Shown here: positions 34,621 to 48,700 of the stretch, piece by piece
Position numbering within the stretch: position 1 is the first letter of the stretch
How the letters are laid out: every line of letters starts with the position of its first letter
Origin: Squalus acanthias
Taxonomy: Eukaryota
Length of the DNA stretch: 64,000 bases
Reading direction: 5' to 3'
NCBI GenBank assembly: GCA_030390025.1
Contig: CM059432.1
Location: 131,442,001-131,506,000, forward strand
Position numbers and translations under genes: made by a program
Notes under the pieces: model-generated
Told to the model about the DNA's origin: nothing
The model's database searches: none
What the model saw: only the letters and a program-made list of their open reading frames with translations

Positions 34621-35010
34621 TTTACATTTACATAGCACCTTTCATGACCTCAGGACGTCACAAAGCGCTTTACAGCCAATTAAGTACTATTGAAGAGTAG
34701 TCACTGTTGTAATTTGCATAATGCTAGTTCCCACAAACAGCAATGCGATAATGACCAGATAATCTGTTTTGTTTTTAGTGATGTTGAGTCATAAATATTG
34801 GCCAGGACACTGGGGAAAACTCTCCTGCTCTTCTTCAAAACAGTGCCATGGGATCTTTTACATCCACCCGAGAGGGCTCGGTTTAGCATCTCGTCCAAAA
34901 GACGCCACCTCCGACAGCATGGATTATGTGCTCAAGTGTGTGAGTGGGACTTGAACCCACAATATTCTGACTCAGAGGTGAGAGTGCAACCCACTGGGCC
35001 ACAACTGACA
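34621..35010 (-). mobile_element. DeuSINE-like SINE
   Basis: Family match; its tail remnant lies at about 34050-34080. Confidence 0.8.
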
Positions 35011-35169
35011 CTTCAAAAGCTCAGGAATCAGCATTTTGTCGGGAGGAGGGATGCAGCATCACTGGGCTTTTCTTGGCTGTAGACCTGCCCTGAATGCTGG
35101 TTGTGAAGACTGAAGATTGTTGAGCAACAAGCTGCTATAAACAACTAGCACATATCTCAAATGATTTTT

Positions 35170-35526
35170 CCAGAGGCATCGAAGAAGGTGCAAAAAATAT
35201 TTACAAGGATGGTACCAGAACTGAGAAGTTATGCCTGTCAGGAAAGACTGAACAGGCTGGGGCTCTGTTCTCTAGAAAAAAGAAGACTGAGGGGTGATCT
35301 GATAGATGTATTTAAGATTATGAAGAGGTTTGGTAGGGTAGACGTAGGAAAGATATTTCCACGTGTGTGGGAGCCCAAAACTAGGGGCCATATATATAAT
35401 ATAGTCACTAATAAATCCAATAGGGAATTCAGGAGAAACTGCTTTACCCAGAGAGTGATTAGAATGTGGAACTCGCTACCATAAGGAGTAGTTGAGGCGA
35501 ATAGCATAGATGCATTTAAGGGGAAA
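35170..35526 (+). mobile_element. CR1 3' fragment (host; continues at 39239-39400)
   Basis: KVQKIFTRMVPEL...RRLRGDLI...WNSLP; the join GCATTTAAGGGGAAA|CTAGATAAA restores the sequence. Confidence 0.85.
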
Positions 35527-38500
35527 TCCCCCTCTCAAACAGATATACTACTTTGGATACTGTTGAGGGGGATGACTTATCAGGGGAAGGCAGCAGCAGC
35601 CAACTTCCTGGCACCATGGGTGGCTCTGCTGCACAGGCTGGGAGGAAAAAGTGTGGAAGAGCTATAGTGATAGGGGACTCAATTGTAAGGGGAATAGATA
35701 GGCGTTTCTGCAGCCGCAAACGAGACTCCAGGATGGTGTGTTGCCTCCCTGGTGCAAGGGTCAAGGACGTCTCGGAGCGGCTACAGGACATTTTGGAGGG
35801 AGAGGGCGAACAGCCAGTTGTCGTGGTGCACATAGGCACCAACGATATAGGTAAAAAACGGGATGAGGTCCTAAAAGCAGAATATAGGGAGTTAGGAGGT
35901 AAATTAAAAAATTGGACCTCAAAGGTAGTAATCTCAGGATTGCTACCAGTGCCACGTGCTAGTCAGAGTAGAAATAGGAGGATATTTCAAATGAATACAT
36001 GGCTAGAGGAATGGTGCAAGGGGGAGGGATTCAAATTCCTTGGACATTGGAACCGGTTCTGGGGGAGGTGGGACCAGTACAAACAGGACGGTCTGCACCT
36101 GGGCAGGGCCGGGACCGATGTCCTAGGGGGAGTGTTTGCTAGTGCTGTTGGGGAGGGTTTAAACTAAAATGGCAGGAGGTTGGGAACCTGAGCAGGGAGA
36201 CAGAGGAAAGGGAAACAAGGATAAAAGCAAAAGACAGGAAGGAGAAAAACAAAAGTAGAAGGCAAAGAACTCAACGGTTTAAATCAAACATGGTCACAGT
36301 AAATAATAATTCATATAGGTCTGAGAGCATTAAAAAAACAAGCCTGAAGGCTTTGTGTCTTAATGCAAGGAGCATTCGGAACAAGGTGGATGAATTAGCT
36401 GCGCAAATAGATATAAATGAATACAATTTGATTGGGATTACAGAAACATGGCTCCAGGGTGGCCAAGGCTGGGAACTCAACATCCAGGGGTATTCAATAT
36501 TTAGGAAAGATAGGCAAAAAAGAAAGGGAGGTGGGGTAGCATTGCTGGTTAAAGAGGGGATTAACACAATTGAAAGGAAGGATAGTAACTCTGATGATGC
36601 GGAATCTGTATGGGTAGAACTGAGAAATAACAAGGGACAGAAAACATTAGTGGGAGTGGTATATGGACCTCCAAACAGTAATACGGAGCTTGGGGACGGC
36701 ATTAAAAGGGAAATTAGAGAAGCATGCAGTAAGGGCACAGCAGTCATCATGGGTGACTTTAATTTACATATAGATTTGGCTAACCAAATTAGTAAAAATA
36801 CTGTGGAGGAGGAATTCCTAGAATGTTTACGGGATGGTTTTCTGGAACAATATGTCGAGGAACCAACCAGAGATCAGGCCATCTTAGACTGGGTATTATG
36901 TAACGAGAAATATTAATTAGCAATCTTGTTGTACGAGGCCCCTTGGGACAGAGTAATCATAATATGATAGAATTCTTCATTAGGATGGAGAGTGAAGTAG
37001 TTGAATCAGAGACTAGGGTCCTGAATTTAAATAAAGGAAACTACGATGATATGAGGCGCGAATTGGGTAGGATTGATTACGAAATGTCACTCAAAGGGTT
37101 GACGGTGGATAGGCAATGGCAAACATTCAAAGACTGCATGGATGAACTACAGAATTTGTTCATCCCACTGTGGCATAAGAATAAAACAAAAAGGGTGACT
37201 CAACCATGGCTAACAAGGGAAATTAGGGATAGCATAAGATCCAATGAGAGGGCATATAAATTGGCCAGAAAAAGCGGTAACCCTGAGGATTGGGAGCAGT
37301 TTAGGATTCAAAAAAGGAGGACAAAGGGATTAATTAAGAAGGGGAAAATAGAATATGAAAGTAAGCTTTCAGGGAACATAATAACTGACTGTAAGAGCTT
37401 TTATAGATATGTGAAGAGAAAAAGATTAGTAAAATCAAGTGTAGGTCCCTTGCAGTCAGAAGCGGGGGAAGTTATAATGGGGAACAAAGAAATGGCAGAC
37501 CAATTAAATGCATATTTTGGTTCTGTCTTCACAAAGGAGGACACAAATAACCTCCCAGAGATGTTGGAGAACATAGGGTCTGATGAAAGGGAGGAACTGA
37601 AAGAAATCAGTATTTGTAGGGAAATGGTGTTAGGGAAATTGACGGGATTGAAGGCCGATAAATCCCCAGGGCCTGATAATCTACATCCTAGGGTACTTAA
37701 GGAAGTGGCCCTAGGAATAGTAGATGCATTGCTGATCATCTTCCAACATTCGATGGAATCTGGAACTGTACCCATGGATTGGAGGGTAGCTAATGTTACC
37801 CCACTATTCAAAAAGGGTGGTAGAGAGAAAGCGGGGAATTACAGACCGGTAAGTCTGACATCGGTAGCGGGGAAAATGCTAGAGTCCATTATAAAGGATG
37901 TAATAGCTGAGCACTTGAAAAACAGTGACAGGATCGGACAAAGTCAACATGGATTTACAAAAGGTAAATCGTGCTTGACTAATCTACTGGAATTTTTTGA
38001 GGATGTAACTGGGAAAATAGATAAGGAAGAACCAGTAGATGTGGTGTATTTGGACTTTCAAAAGGCTTTCGATAAGGTCCCGCATAAGAGATTAGCGTGT
38101 AAAGTTAAGGCACATGGGATTGGGGGCAAGGTATTGACTTGGATAGAGAACTGGTTGGCAGACAGAAAGCAGAGAGTAGGAATTAATGGGTCTTTTACCG
38201 AGTGGCAGGCAGTGACTAGTGGGGTACCGCAGGGATCGGTCCTTGGACCCCAGCTATTCACAATATACATTAATGATCTAGATAAGGGAACTAAATGTAA
38301 TATCTCCAAGTTTGCAGATGACACAAAGCTGGGTGGGCGTGAGTGCTGCGAGGAGGATACTGAGAAACTCCAAGATGATTTGGACAGGTTGGGTGAGTGG
38401 GCAGAAGCATGGCAGATGCAATATAACGTGGATAAATGCGAGGTTATCCACTTTGGTGTCAAAAACAGAAAGGCAGACTATTATCTGAATGGCAATAGAT

Positions 38501-39239
38501 TGGGAGAAGGGGAAGTGCAACGAGACCTGGGTGTCCTTGTGCACCAGTCGCTGAAGGTAAGCATGCAGGTGCAGCAGGCGGTGAAGAAGGCAAATAGTAT
38601 GTTGGCCTTCATAGCAAAAGGGTTTGAGTATAGGAACAGGGATGCCCTGCTGCAGTTGTACAAGGCCTTGGTGAGACCACACCTTGAGTACTGTGTGCAG
38701 TTTTGGTCGCTTTATCTGAGGTTCGATGTTCTTGCCATGGAGGGAGTTCAGCGAAGATTCACAAGGCTGATACCTGGGATGGTAAGAATGACATATGAGG
38801 AGAGATTGGGTCGATTGAGCTGATACTCACTGGAGTATAGAAGAATGAGAGGGGATCTCATCGAAACATATAAAATTCTGACAGGTCTGGACAAACTAGA
38901 TGCAGGAAGAATGTTCCCGATGGTCGGAGAGTCCAGAACCAGGGGTCATAATCTAAGGATAAGGGGTAAGCCATTTAGGACAGAAATGAGGAAGAATTTC
39001 TTCACCCAGAGAGTGGTGAACCTGTGGAATTCTCTACCACAGAAGGTAGTTGAGGCCGTCATTAAATATATTCAAGAATGAGTTAGATATATTTCTTAAA
39101 GCTAAAGGTATCAAGGGATATGGGAGAAAGCAGGTACAGGGTACTGAGTTTGGATGATCAGCCATGATCTCATCGAATGGCGGAGCAGGCTCGAGGGGCC
39201 GAATGGCCTACTCCTGCTCCTATCTTCTATGTTTCTATG
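35527..39239 (+). mobile_element. 5'-truncated CR1 LINE (part of ORF1 plus frameshifted ORF2)
   Basis: ORFs 35553-36167, 36290-36916, 36943-38823 and 38845-39081; TSD GAAA; TCTATGTT-type tail. Confidence 0.95.
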
Positions 39240-39494
39240 AAACTAGATAAACACATGAGGGAGAATGGAATAGAAGGTTATGCTGATAGGGTGAGATAAA
39301 GAGGGGTGGGAGGAGGCTCATGAGGGGCATAAACACCAGCACAGACAGGTTGGGCCGAATGGCCTCTTTCTGTCCTGTACATTCTATGTAATTCTATGTA
39401 ACTTATTGTGTGCATTCTAACAACGCTCATTCCATATCGTCTCCTGCGCAAACTGAATAAAGGTAAAGGTTAATTGAGTTCTGCCCATCCTACA

Positions 39495-41282
39495 CATAGA
39501 AACATAGAAACATAGAAGATAGGAGCAGGAGTAGGCCATTCGACCCCTCGAGCCTGCTCCGCCATTTAATGAGATCATGGCTGATCATCCAAATTCAGTA
39601 CCCTGTCCCTGCTTTTTCCCCATATCCCTTGATCCCTTTAGCCTTAAGAAATATATCTATCTCATTCTTGAATATATTTAATGAATTGGCCTCAACTGCC
39701 TTCTGTGGTAGAGAATTCCACAGGTTCACCACTCTCTGGGTGAAGAAATTCCTCCTCATCTCAGTCCTAAATGGCTTACCTCTTATCCTTAGACTGTGAC
39801 CTCTGGTTCTGGACTCCCCCGCCATCGGGAACATCCTTCCTGCATCTAGTCTGTCTAGTCCTGTTAGAATTTTATAAGTTTCAATGAGATCCCCTCTCAT
39901 TCTTCTAAACTCTAGCGAATATAAGCCTAATCGACCCAATCTCTTCATACATCATTCCTGCCATCCCAGGTATCAGTCTGGTAAATCTTCGCTGCACTCC
40001 CTCCATGGCAAGAACATCCTTCCTCAGATAAGGCGACCAAAACTGCACACAATACTCAAGGTGTGGTTTCACCAAGGCCTTGTACAACTGCAGCAAGACA
40101 TCCTTGCTCCTGTACTCGAATCCTCTCGCTATGAAGGCCAACATACTATTTGCCTTCTTAACCGCCTGCTGCACCTGCATGCTTACCTTCAGCGACTGGT
40201 GCACAAGGACTCCCAGATCTCGTTGCACTTCCCCTTTTCCCAATCTAATGCCGTTCAGATAATAATCTGCCTTCCTGTTTTTGCCACCAAAGTGGATAAC
40301 CTCGCATTTATCCACATTATACTGCATCTGCCATGCATCTGCCCAATCACCCAACCTGTCCAAATCATACTGGAGTTTCTCTGCTTCTTCCTCACAGCAC
40401 ACACGCCCACCCAGCTTTGTGTCATCTGCAAACTTCGAGATATTATATCTAGTTCCCTCGTCTAGATCATTGATATATATTGTGAATAGCTGGGGTCCTA
40501 GCACCGATCTCTGCGGTACCCCACTAGTCACTGCCTGCCACTCGGAAAAAGACCCGTTTATTCCAACTCTTTGCTTCCTGTCTGCCAACCAGTTCTCTAT
40601 CCAAATCAGTACCTTACCCCCAATCCCATGTGCTTTAAATTTGCACGCTAATCTCTTATGCGGGACCTTATTGAAAGCCTTCTGAAAGTCCAAATACACC
40701 ACATCCACTGTTTCTCCCTTATCTATTCTACCAGTTACATCCTCAAAAAATTCCAGTAGATTAGTCAGGCATGATTTACCTTTTGTAAATCCATGTTGAC
40801 TTTGTCCGATCCTGTCACTGCTTTCCAAGTGCTCAGCTATTACATCTTTTATAATGGACTCTAGCATTTTGCCCACTACCGATGTCAGGCTTACCGGTCT
40901 ATAATTTCCCGTTTTTTCTCCACCACCTTTTTTAAATAGTGGGGTAGCATTAGCTACCCTCCAATACATGGGAACTGTTCCAGAATCTATAGAATTTTGA
41001 AAGTTGACCAGCAATGCATCTACTATTTCTAGGGCCACTTCCTTAAGTACCCTAGGATGTAGATTATCAGGCCCTGGGGATATATCGGCCTTCAATCCTG
41101 TCAATTTCCCTAACACCATTTCCCTAGAAATAGTGATTTCATTCAATTCCTCCCTCTCATTAGACCCTATGTTCCCCGACATCTCTGGGAGTTTATTTGT
41201 GTCCTCCTTTGTGAAGACAGAACCAAAGTATATATTTAATTGGTCTGCCATTTCTTTGTTCCCCATTATAAATTCCCCTGAA
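39495..41282 (-). mobile_element. 5'-truncated CR1 LINE (RT region to 3' end)
   Basis: ORFs 39905-41335 and 39595-39948; TACACA at 39491-39496 and 41283-41288; (CATAGAAA)n on the plus strand. Confidence 0.95.
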
Positions 41283-42248
41283 TACACACGTAACACGGGT
41301 TGTGATACAACAGTGGTAATTATACAACAGCGCAATGGTAGGACTCATAAATAGTTCTTTGTGCTGGTGATAATTCTGCCTCGGGCAAAGGTTCTTGTTG
41401 AAGAATAATCTGTCTCTAAAGACAAGGGTGTGGTATAAAGATTTATGGTGAAATACTCTTCCTCATCTTGTTACATCAGATGAAAAAATCGAAATGGAAA
41501 TCTACAAACAATTAGTGATTAGGATATTGTAAATAACATTTGGAGCCCTATCTTACTTTTTTTTTACATAAACTGACCTAAACCATTTTACCTGAAAATG
41601 TAAAAGGATATTTTGGTAAGTGTTGGAATTCTGATGCATTTAAGAAGTTGGTCAGAAAGTGTCTAAACAATATTTTATGCTGTGCTAAAAGTCACACAAG
41701 AATAATTTCATTCTGGAAATAAAGCCAAAAATGGCAGCATAGATATTGTGATGCAGAACTTAAAATCCCTCAAATCCAACAGAACGGCAAGTCTATTTTT
41801 GTTGTTGAAAAGATAAGTAGTGAATTGAGCGAAATGAATGATATATCCCTCTCCTTACTGGTGCTGTAATAAAAACAAAATACAATGGCAGGTTTTGTGT
41901 TGAAGATTACTACAAGCTGTATTTAAATATCATTTGCAGGTGATGCAATGCGAAAAGGGCAGGTCGGGGAGTGTGGGAGATGAAGAGGAAGAAAGGGCTG
42001 AAAGAAGACAGCTTCTCCACTAAAAGTCTGTTTGTTATCCCACTGCACAGAAACAATTAAAATAAGCTCCACTTTCCATTTCCATGAGTGAAGCTGACTA
42101 TATAACCCACAAGGTCAGGCACACAAGTAAGCAGAAAAAACATACAGCGACAATCAAAGTAGTGATGTTTTCAACACATGATGAATGTCTTGTAATTTTA
42201 TGTTGTAGCTTCACTCTATACTAGAGGGAGTAGAGACGGGGTGGGGGT

Positions 42249-43466
42249 GGGCCGATTTTCAACTGTTGGCCGCTCATTTCTCACCTGAGAAAACAGGCGA
42301 CCAGCAGAGGAAAATTGGATGGGCACATCCCTTTGATGCCCCTTTGATGCCCAAGGCCCACCTGGTTCAATTTTCAGGCAGGACTTTAAATGGGAGCCCA
42401 GTAGCCCTGCCCAAAACATGCGGGAGGCTGTTCAAATATGCATTTCGGGAGTTGTAGGACCTCGATTGCAAATGGGCAGAACACGAGCTAGGCCCATTTG
42501 TACCAGGCATTGAGTGGCCTAACCAGCAGTCCTTAAAGGGATTGAATGAATTTGAGGCTATGTATGAGGTTTCGAGATCTGGCTGGCAAGTACCTGGCAT
42601 GTAAGACAACCCATCTGTCTGTCTCATCTAGCTTCCAATGCGATATATGCGGCCGTATATGTGTGTCTAGGATTGGGCACTTATCCCATCAGCGCTAGGT
42701 TTGCCAACTTTGGTTGGCCTTATTCCTGGAGGTATTATCACATGATCTCCTGCCTCCAACACTCTCGCCATTGGTCATCCTGTCCATGTCCATCCTCACT
42801 TTTTCCACCTTCCTACGCCAATCAGAAAGTGAATGGACTCTTGATTACCCGATTAGATGATTCTTCACTGTCAGTCAAACAGCATTTTTTTCCCCATGTC
42901 CAATATTTTAATTTTTTCCCATGTCCAATATTTTTATAACTAGTGTTCAAAGAAACTGTTTTAAAAACATTTTTTTTTACGATATTTCTCCCTGGTTGCT
43001 CACTGCAGTGTCCTGGAAATTAATGTTTAATTCCTGGAGACTCCAGGTCAATCCTGGAGGGTTGGCAACCCTAATCAGCGGCCCACAAGATTGAGACTCA
43101 CCCGTCGGCTTGACAGGAGACTCCATTATCATCAAAGGAATCGATGCAGGTCGCTCAGGAAATGGTAAGTCATGCTCCTCCTGGCCCACAAACATCTTCT
43201 GGCCGGCTGTCGGCCCATTCTCGCCACCCTCAACAGACTCGATCTGCCGGGGGAGGTGGGGGGGGGGTGGGGGGGAGGGGAGCGGGGGGTGCTCTGTGTA
43301 CAAGCCAGCCCATTTCTAGCCTTCCCAAACCAACGAACTGTAGCTCGTCAGCTGAATTCAAATGACGTTCAGTCAGATGGTTCGGGCCTCCCAACCGTGG
43401 CTTTGAGCGGGCAACAACCACGGCCCACTTCACGCCCGTTTTTTGCACAGGTTGAAAATCTCCCCC
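42249..43466. mobile_element. Harbinger-type MITE (degenerate)
   Basis: GGGCCGATTTTCAAC / GTTGAAAATCTCCCCC ends; TSD is not clear. Confidence 0.5.
42696..43073. mobile_element. hAT-type MITE
   Basis: TIRs TAGGTTTGCCAAC / GTTGGCAACCCTA; 8-bp TSD ATCAGCGC / ATCAGCGG. Confidence 0.85.
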
Positions 43467-43649
43467 AGAGATTTTCAATGTTGGATTTCTGTTCTCTATA
43501 TAGTTGCCATATTGGCACAAATGAGTAGAGGTACTTCGCATTGTGGCCTGTCTGCTTGGTTCAATATATTTGGGATACATTTCAATGACAAACATTGAAC
43601 ACAGTCGCACTAATTCAAGAAAATAATCCATAGAGCTTCCTTGATGAGC

Positions 43650-43876
43650 AACAACAACAACAACTTGCATTTATATAGCGTCTTTAATGTAGTAAAGCAC
43701 CCAATGTGCTTCACAGGAGCGTTATCAGACAAAGATTGACACCGAGCCACATAAAGAGATATTAGGACAGGTGACCAAAAGCTTGGTCAAAGAGGTAGGT
43801 TTAATGAGCTTCTTAGAGGAGGAAAGAGAGGGAGAGAGGCGGAGAGGTTTAGGGAGGGAATTCCAGAGCTTAGGGT
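43650..43876 (-). mobile_element. L2-like LINE 3' fragment
   Basis: Reverse complement of the 9837-10150 family with (CAA)n tail on the plus strand. Confidence 0.7.
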
Positions 43877-44174
43877 GCAAAAAGAGAAATGTTGACTGTT
43901 TCATAATTAAATAATTTAAAAAAAGAAACCAAAGTCCCACAATTGCAATGGTGGCGTTGAACCAAGGGGGAGTGTTAGGGCAAGACTTTTGTCTGCCGTG
44001 ATGCTCTGACAGTGACTCCATTGTAAGCTATGGGGTCCAATAATTAGTATCCGTAGAGGCATGTAGACTGTGTAAATCCAGCTTGCAACTCTGGCCCTGA
44101 ACGATTGGCAGATTGGCAGGAGGGACAAAGAGCTGGTGCAGCAGCAGGATGTTAAACGTGCTGCTGCTTAAAGA

Positions 44175-44630
44175 GAAGACTTGCATTTATATAGCACCTT
44201 TCACGACCTTAGGATGTCCCAAAGTGCTTTACAACCAATAATTACTTTTGAAGTATAGTCACTGTTGCAATGTAGGAAATGCAGCAGCCAATTTGCACAC
44301 AGCAAGGTCCCACAGACAGCAATGTGAAAATGGCCAGATGATCTTATTTTAAGTGATGTTGAGGGATAAATATTGGCCAGGACACCGGGGAAACTCCCCT
44401 GTTCTTCTTCAAAGTAGCACCACTGGGATCTTTTATGTCCACCTGAGAGGGCAGATGGGGCCTCGGTTGAACAGCTCATCCAAAAGGCGGCACCTCCAAC
44501 AGTGCAGCACTCCCTCAGTACTGCACTGAAATTTCAGCCTAGATTTTGTGCTCAAGTCTCTGATGCAGGACTTGAACCCACGACCTTTGGACTCAGAGGC
44601 AAGTGTGTTACCACTGAGCCATGGCTGACA
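44175..44630 (-). mobile_element. DeuSINE-like SINE
   Basis: Family match including the box A/B head. Confidence 0.85.
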
Positions 44631-44809
44631 TAAAGGGGCAATGCCTCTACTGGCGGAAGCAGGGATGAGGAGGCGGGCAGCAAAGGCCAAAGAAGAGCAG
44701 AATATGTAAGGGATTCTGACCTGCATGTCCCTCTGCCGGAGATACGGAGCACAATGGATGGGTTATTGGAGGTTGGGAGCTGGAAACCTGCCAAGTATCT
44801 CATATGCAC

Positions 44810-45790
44810 TATAGAATCATAGGATCATAGAATGATACAGCACAGAAGGGGACCATTTGGCCCATTGTGCCTGTGCCGGCTCTTTGTTAGAGCTATCCAA
44901 TTAGTTCCACCCCCCTGCTCTTTCCCCATAGCCCTGTAAAATGTTTTACCTTCAAGTATTTATCCAATTCTCTTTTGAAAGTTACTATTGAATCTGTTTC
45001 CACCGCCCTTTTAGGCAGTGCATTCCAGACCACAACTTGCTGTGTAAAAAAATGTTTCCTCATGTCATCTCTGGTTCTTTCGCCAATCACCTTAAATCTG
45101 TGTCCTCTGGTTACCGACCCTTCTGCCATTGGAAATAGTTTCTCCTTATTTACATGATTTTGAACACCTCTATCAAATCTCCTCTTAAAGTTCTCTGCTC
45201 TAAAGAGAACAACCCCAGCTTCTCCAGTCTCTCCACATAACTGAAGTTCCTCATCCCCTAGTACCATTCTAGTAAATCTCTTCTGCACCCTCTTTTGGGC
45301 CTTTACATCCTTCCTAAAATGTGGTGCCTAAAATGGAACACAATACTCCAACGGAGGCCTAATCAGTGTTTTATAAAGGTTTAGCATAACTTCCTTGCTT
45401 TTGTACTCTATTCCTCTATTAATAAAGCCAAGGATCCCATATGCTTTTTAACAGCCTTCTCAACTTTTCCTACCACCTACAAAGATTTGTGTACATACAT
45501 CCCAGGTCTCTCTGCTCCTGCATCCCCTATGAAATTGTACCATTTAGTTCATATTGTCTCTACTCATTCTTCCTACCAAAATGTATCACTTCACACTTCT
45601 TTGCATTAAATTTCATCTGCCATATCTTACCATTTCACCAGTCTGCCTATGTCCTTCTGAAGTCTGTTACTATCTTCCTCATTGTTTACTACATTTCCAA
45701 GTTTCATGTCATCTGCAAATTTTGAAATTATGCCCTGAATACCCAAGTCCAGCTCATTAATATATATCAAAAAGAGCAGTGGTCCTAATA
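44810..45790 (-). mobile_element. Old CR1 3' fragment
   Basis: LGPLLFLIYINEL..SKFADD and RGHRFK...WNALP; CATAGAAT-type tail. Confidence 0.88.
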
Positions 45791-48700
45791 CTCTGTGGAG
45801 AAAAGTATCTGTGACAGTGAGTGCCATCTTCTGAAACCCCAAATCTCCGTTGCAGTACAGGAAGAAGTTTAATGAGCTCACCAGATTAGCCAAGGTACCT
45901 GCTCCCCCTAACCTTTCCTCGCAGTTTCTTTATATGTGTGGCACTCCATTATTCATTACCCTCACAGTGCCAGAGATGGAAATCAGATTTAACAGTAGAA
46001 AATGGAGACTCTGCTGAAGTCAGGCTCTGGCTAAAGAATCTGTGGACTCAGAACTCTTGGGTCCTGCTTTAAAGGTAGGATTCTGGATGAGCATCAAACT
46101 CACATGGAGGGACTGAGGGCTATCTGAGACAGATGATAGGGGTCACAGGGTCCAGTCTTCAGTGTCCATATATGAGAAGGATTCAACACAATGCAGCACT
46201 ACCTTGAATGAATGGCAGCACAGTGATCATCTGCATTTGTCGCCCTTGACAGAGAGGCCTTCAGACCAGTCTGTGCATCCAAAGTGGATGCTTTGACCAC
46301 TGGTTTTCAGGCCTTGGGGAATCATTGGAAAGAAAGATGGAAAACCGGCTTCTGTGAATATCAGTGGGCAACATCTCTCAGGGACTGCAGAATCTAACTG
46401 ATACCCTCCTACTGATCAGTGAACACTCAAAACCAAGATCCACCACAAATGGTATGCCTAGAATCTGCTTTCATGATGCTGCTTTCCCCTCCTGGTGGCA
46501 GTTCATGTGACCTTTGTAGTCAGCCCCTCAGATGCCTGCTCATGTAGATGTCAGGATACAGGGCGAGGTTACCTACACACCAACAGTGGTGACTCAGCCT
46601 TCTTAAGAATTCTCCTGGAACACAGAAGTCCTGAGGCATAGGAGACCTTGGTCCAAAGAGGCTCATGATACCACAGCGCAGCCAAGCACCATTACATAGA
46701 AATTACATAGAAACAAGAATGTGGGTGGCAGTGCTGTTATGTATATACTTTGATCCCCTCTATTGTCCAGAAATGTGGAGCGTTATCAAAGATTCCACCC
46801 AGAATCATCTTTACAATGCTGTGATACTGGAAATAAACCCATTGCAGACTAGCAGGTTTAATACTGATATATGTGCGGGAGGGAGGTGGTTATACTATCA
46901 AGTTTGGTATGAAGCCAGATACACCCTGATTTAAAAATAGCACGGAAAGTAGGATTAAAATCTAGGGCAGACTATGTGCTGCGTTGAGCCAATAGACTAA
47001 GTGAAAATACCAGAAACCCTAAAGAACTACCCTTCATTCTTCAACTGATGCACAAACTGAGATTGAGTGCTGTGGAGGTTAATGTATGTTTGGATGGAAG
47101 ACTAAAGCATCCTCATCATGCGACTGTGGAGCTCTTAATCAGACCCTGGAGCACATAATTGAGTACTGCCCTCAGAGGAAATTCGCAGGCAGCCTACAAG
47201 ATATTCAAGCTGTTACACCGGAAGCTTTGGCCTGGATATCTGACTTAGATATTGATATTTAATTTGTTTTTGCTACTACCATACGAAAGAAGAAGACGAT
47301 GTCGGTTTTTTATTTTCTTACTTGAATTATAAACTTCACTGCTGTTTTGAATTAATCGGACTACTAGATTATTTAATGCGGAAATTTTTTTACGAGTTAA
47401 TTATTGATGAATTCAGAAGCTATTTCAGTCTCAGTACAACATTTAAAGTGGGAAACAAATTTTTATAACTAGGATCTTTAAAAAAATCCAGAATGCAGGG
47501 TAAGGTTATTTATAATTATAGTATTTTTTCTTTTTTTTTGAGAAGTTATTTGTTTACTTAGTTTCACCAGTGGATAAGTACATCCATACAGACCAGGAAG
47601 ATAAAGTAGTACTAGAAAATTGAGATGGTAACCTCAGTATATTGGAATTGAAAGGCAGGAAAATGAGGCAGAGAGGACAAGGCTGATTGTATGATTTTGG
47701 GACAGATTTGACTCAGTTGAACAAGAGGAGAATGAACAATGGCTGAGGTCAAGGAAGCGACAGGGCAGTGAAGCATTGAAAGAGACTGCGAAGCCGAACG
47801 TGTAACTTCACATTAAAACTTGTCAGGGCCTGAATGGCATCATTAGACACCGACTTTTGCATTTTAATAAGACTGAAGCGAGGGCCTCCGACACTGCCTC
47901 AAAGGCGCCTGTTAAAGTGACGTGGGGCACCAGTGTGGCGTGAACAAGGTGAGCACCACGCTGCTGATATTTCTGTCTGATAATGCTCCTGTGAAGCACC
48001 ATGGGATGTTTTCCTACATTAAAGACGCTATATAAATAAAAGTTGCTGTTGTTTGGTCAATTTGAATAAATAGTTAACAATCACATATAAATTATTTTTG
48101 TTTTCCACCTTTCGGTATACATATCTTATATTTCCTATGCCAATATGTATTGCTTTACATCTTATATTATGGGAGAGCCATCAAAGACTGTTAAGTGAGA
48201 GTGCTGTTTGTCATTGCATCTCTAGGGTTGTTACTTGAACCCTGGTGAGATGCCCACAGTGCACAAATTTACCTCACAGAAGAACATCATTTGACCTGCA
48301 GTGGAATACTTGAAGCAGTCTTGATTATTTACTGATTCTGTCACGTTCCAGAATTAAAATGCACTTAAAATGTGTTGTGTAAACATTTTGCGTGGAACAT
48401 TTCTGAGTTTATAAGTAGTGCTTTCCTTTTTCTCCTGAAGTGCTGCATCCTCACTATTGATAAAAGGTAATTGCGTTGCGGATCACACAAGCTTACAGTT
48501 TGTTAAAGTGACAGATTGAGGAATGCATGCCAGCAGGACACTCCCTTTTGCAAATCAACTCAGCGTTGCATTCCACTTCCAGTTTTGTCTTTATCTCATC
48601 ATGACACTTTAACCAATGAATGGACCACAGCCTGTAAAAATGTGTATCTGGGTGTGTTTATATTCAGGCTGAGTGATTCCAGGGCGGAAAATGCAAAATT

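Noticed and set aside
48441..48466. Possible micro-exon (AG...AAG|GTAATT)
   Set aside because: Splice-like signals only, with no recognisable peptide or supporting exons.
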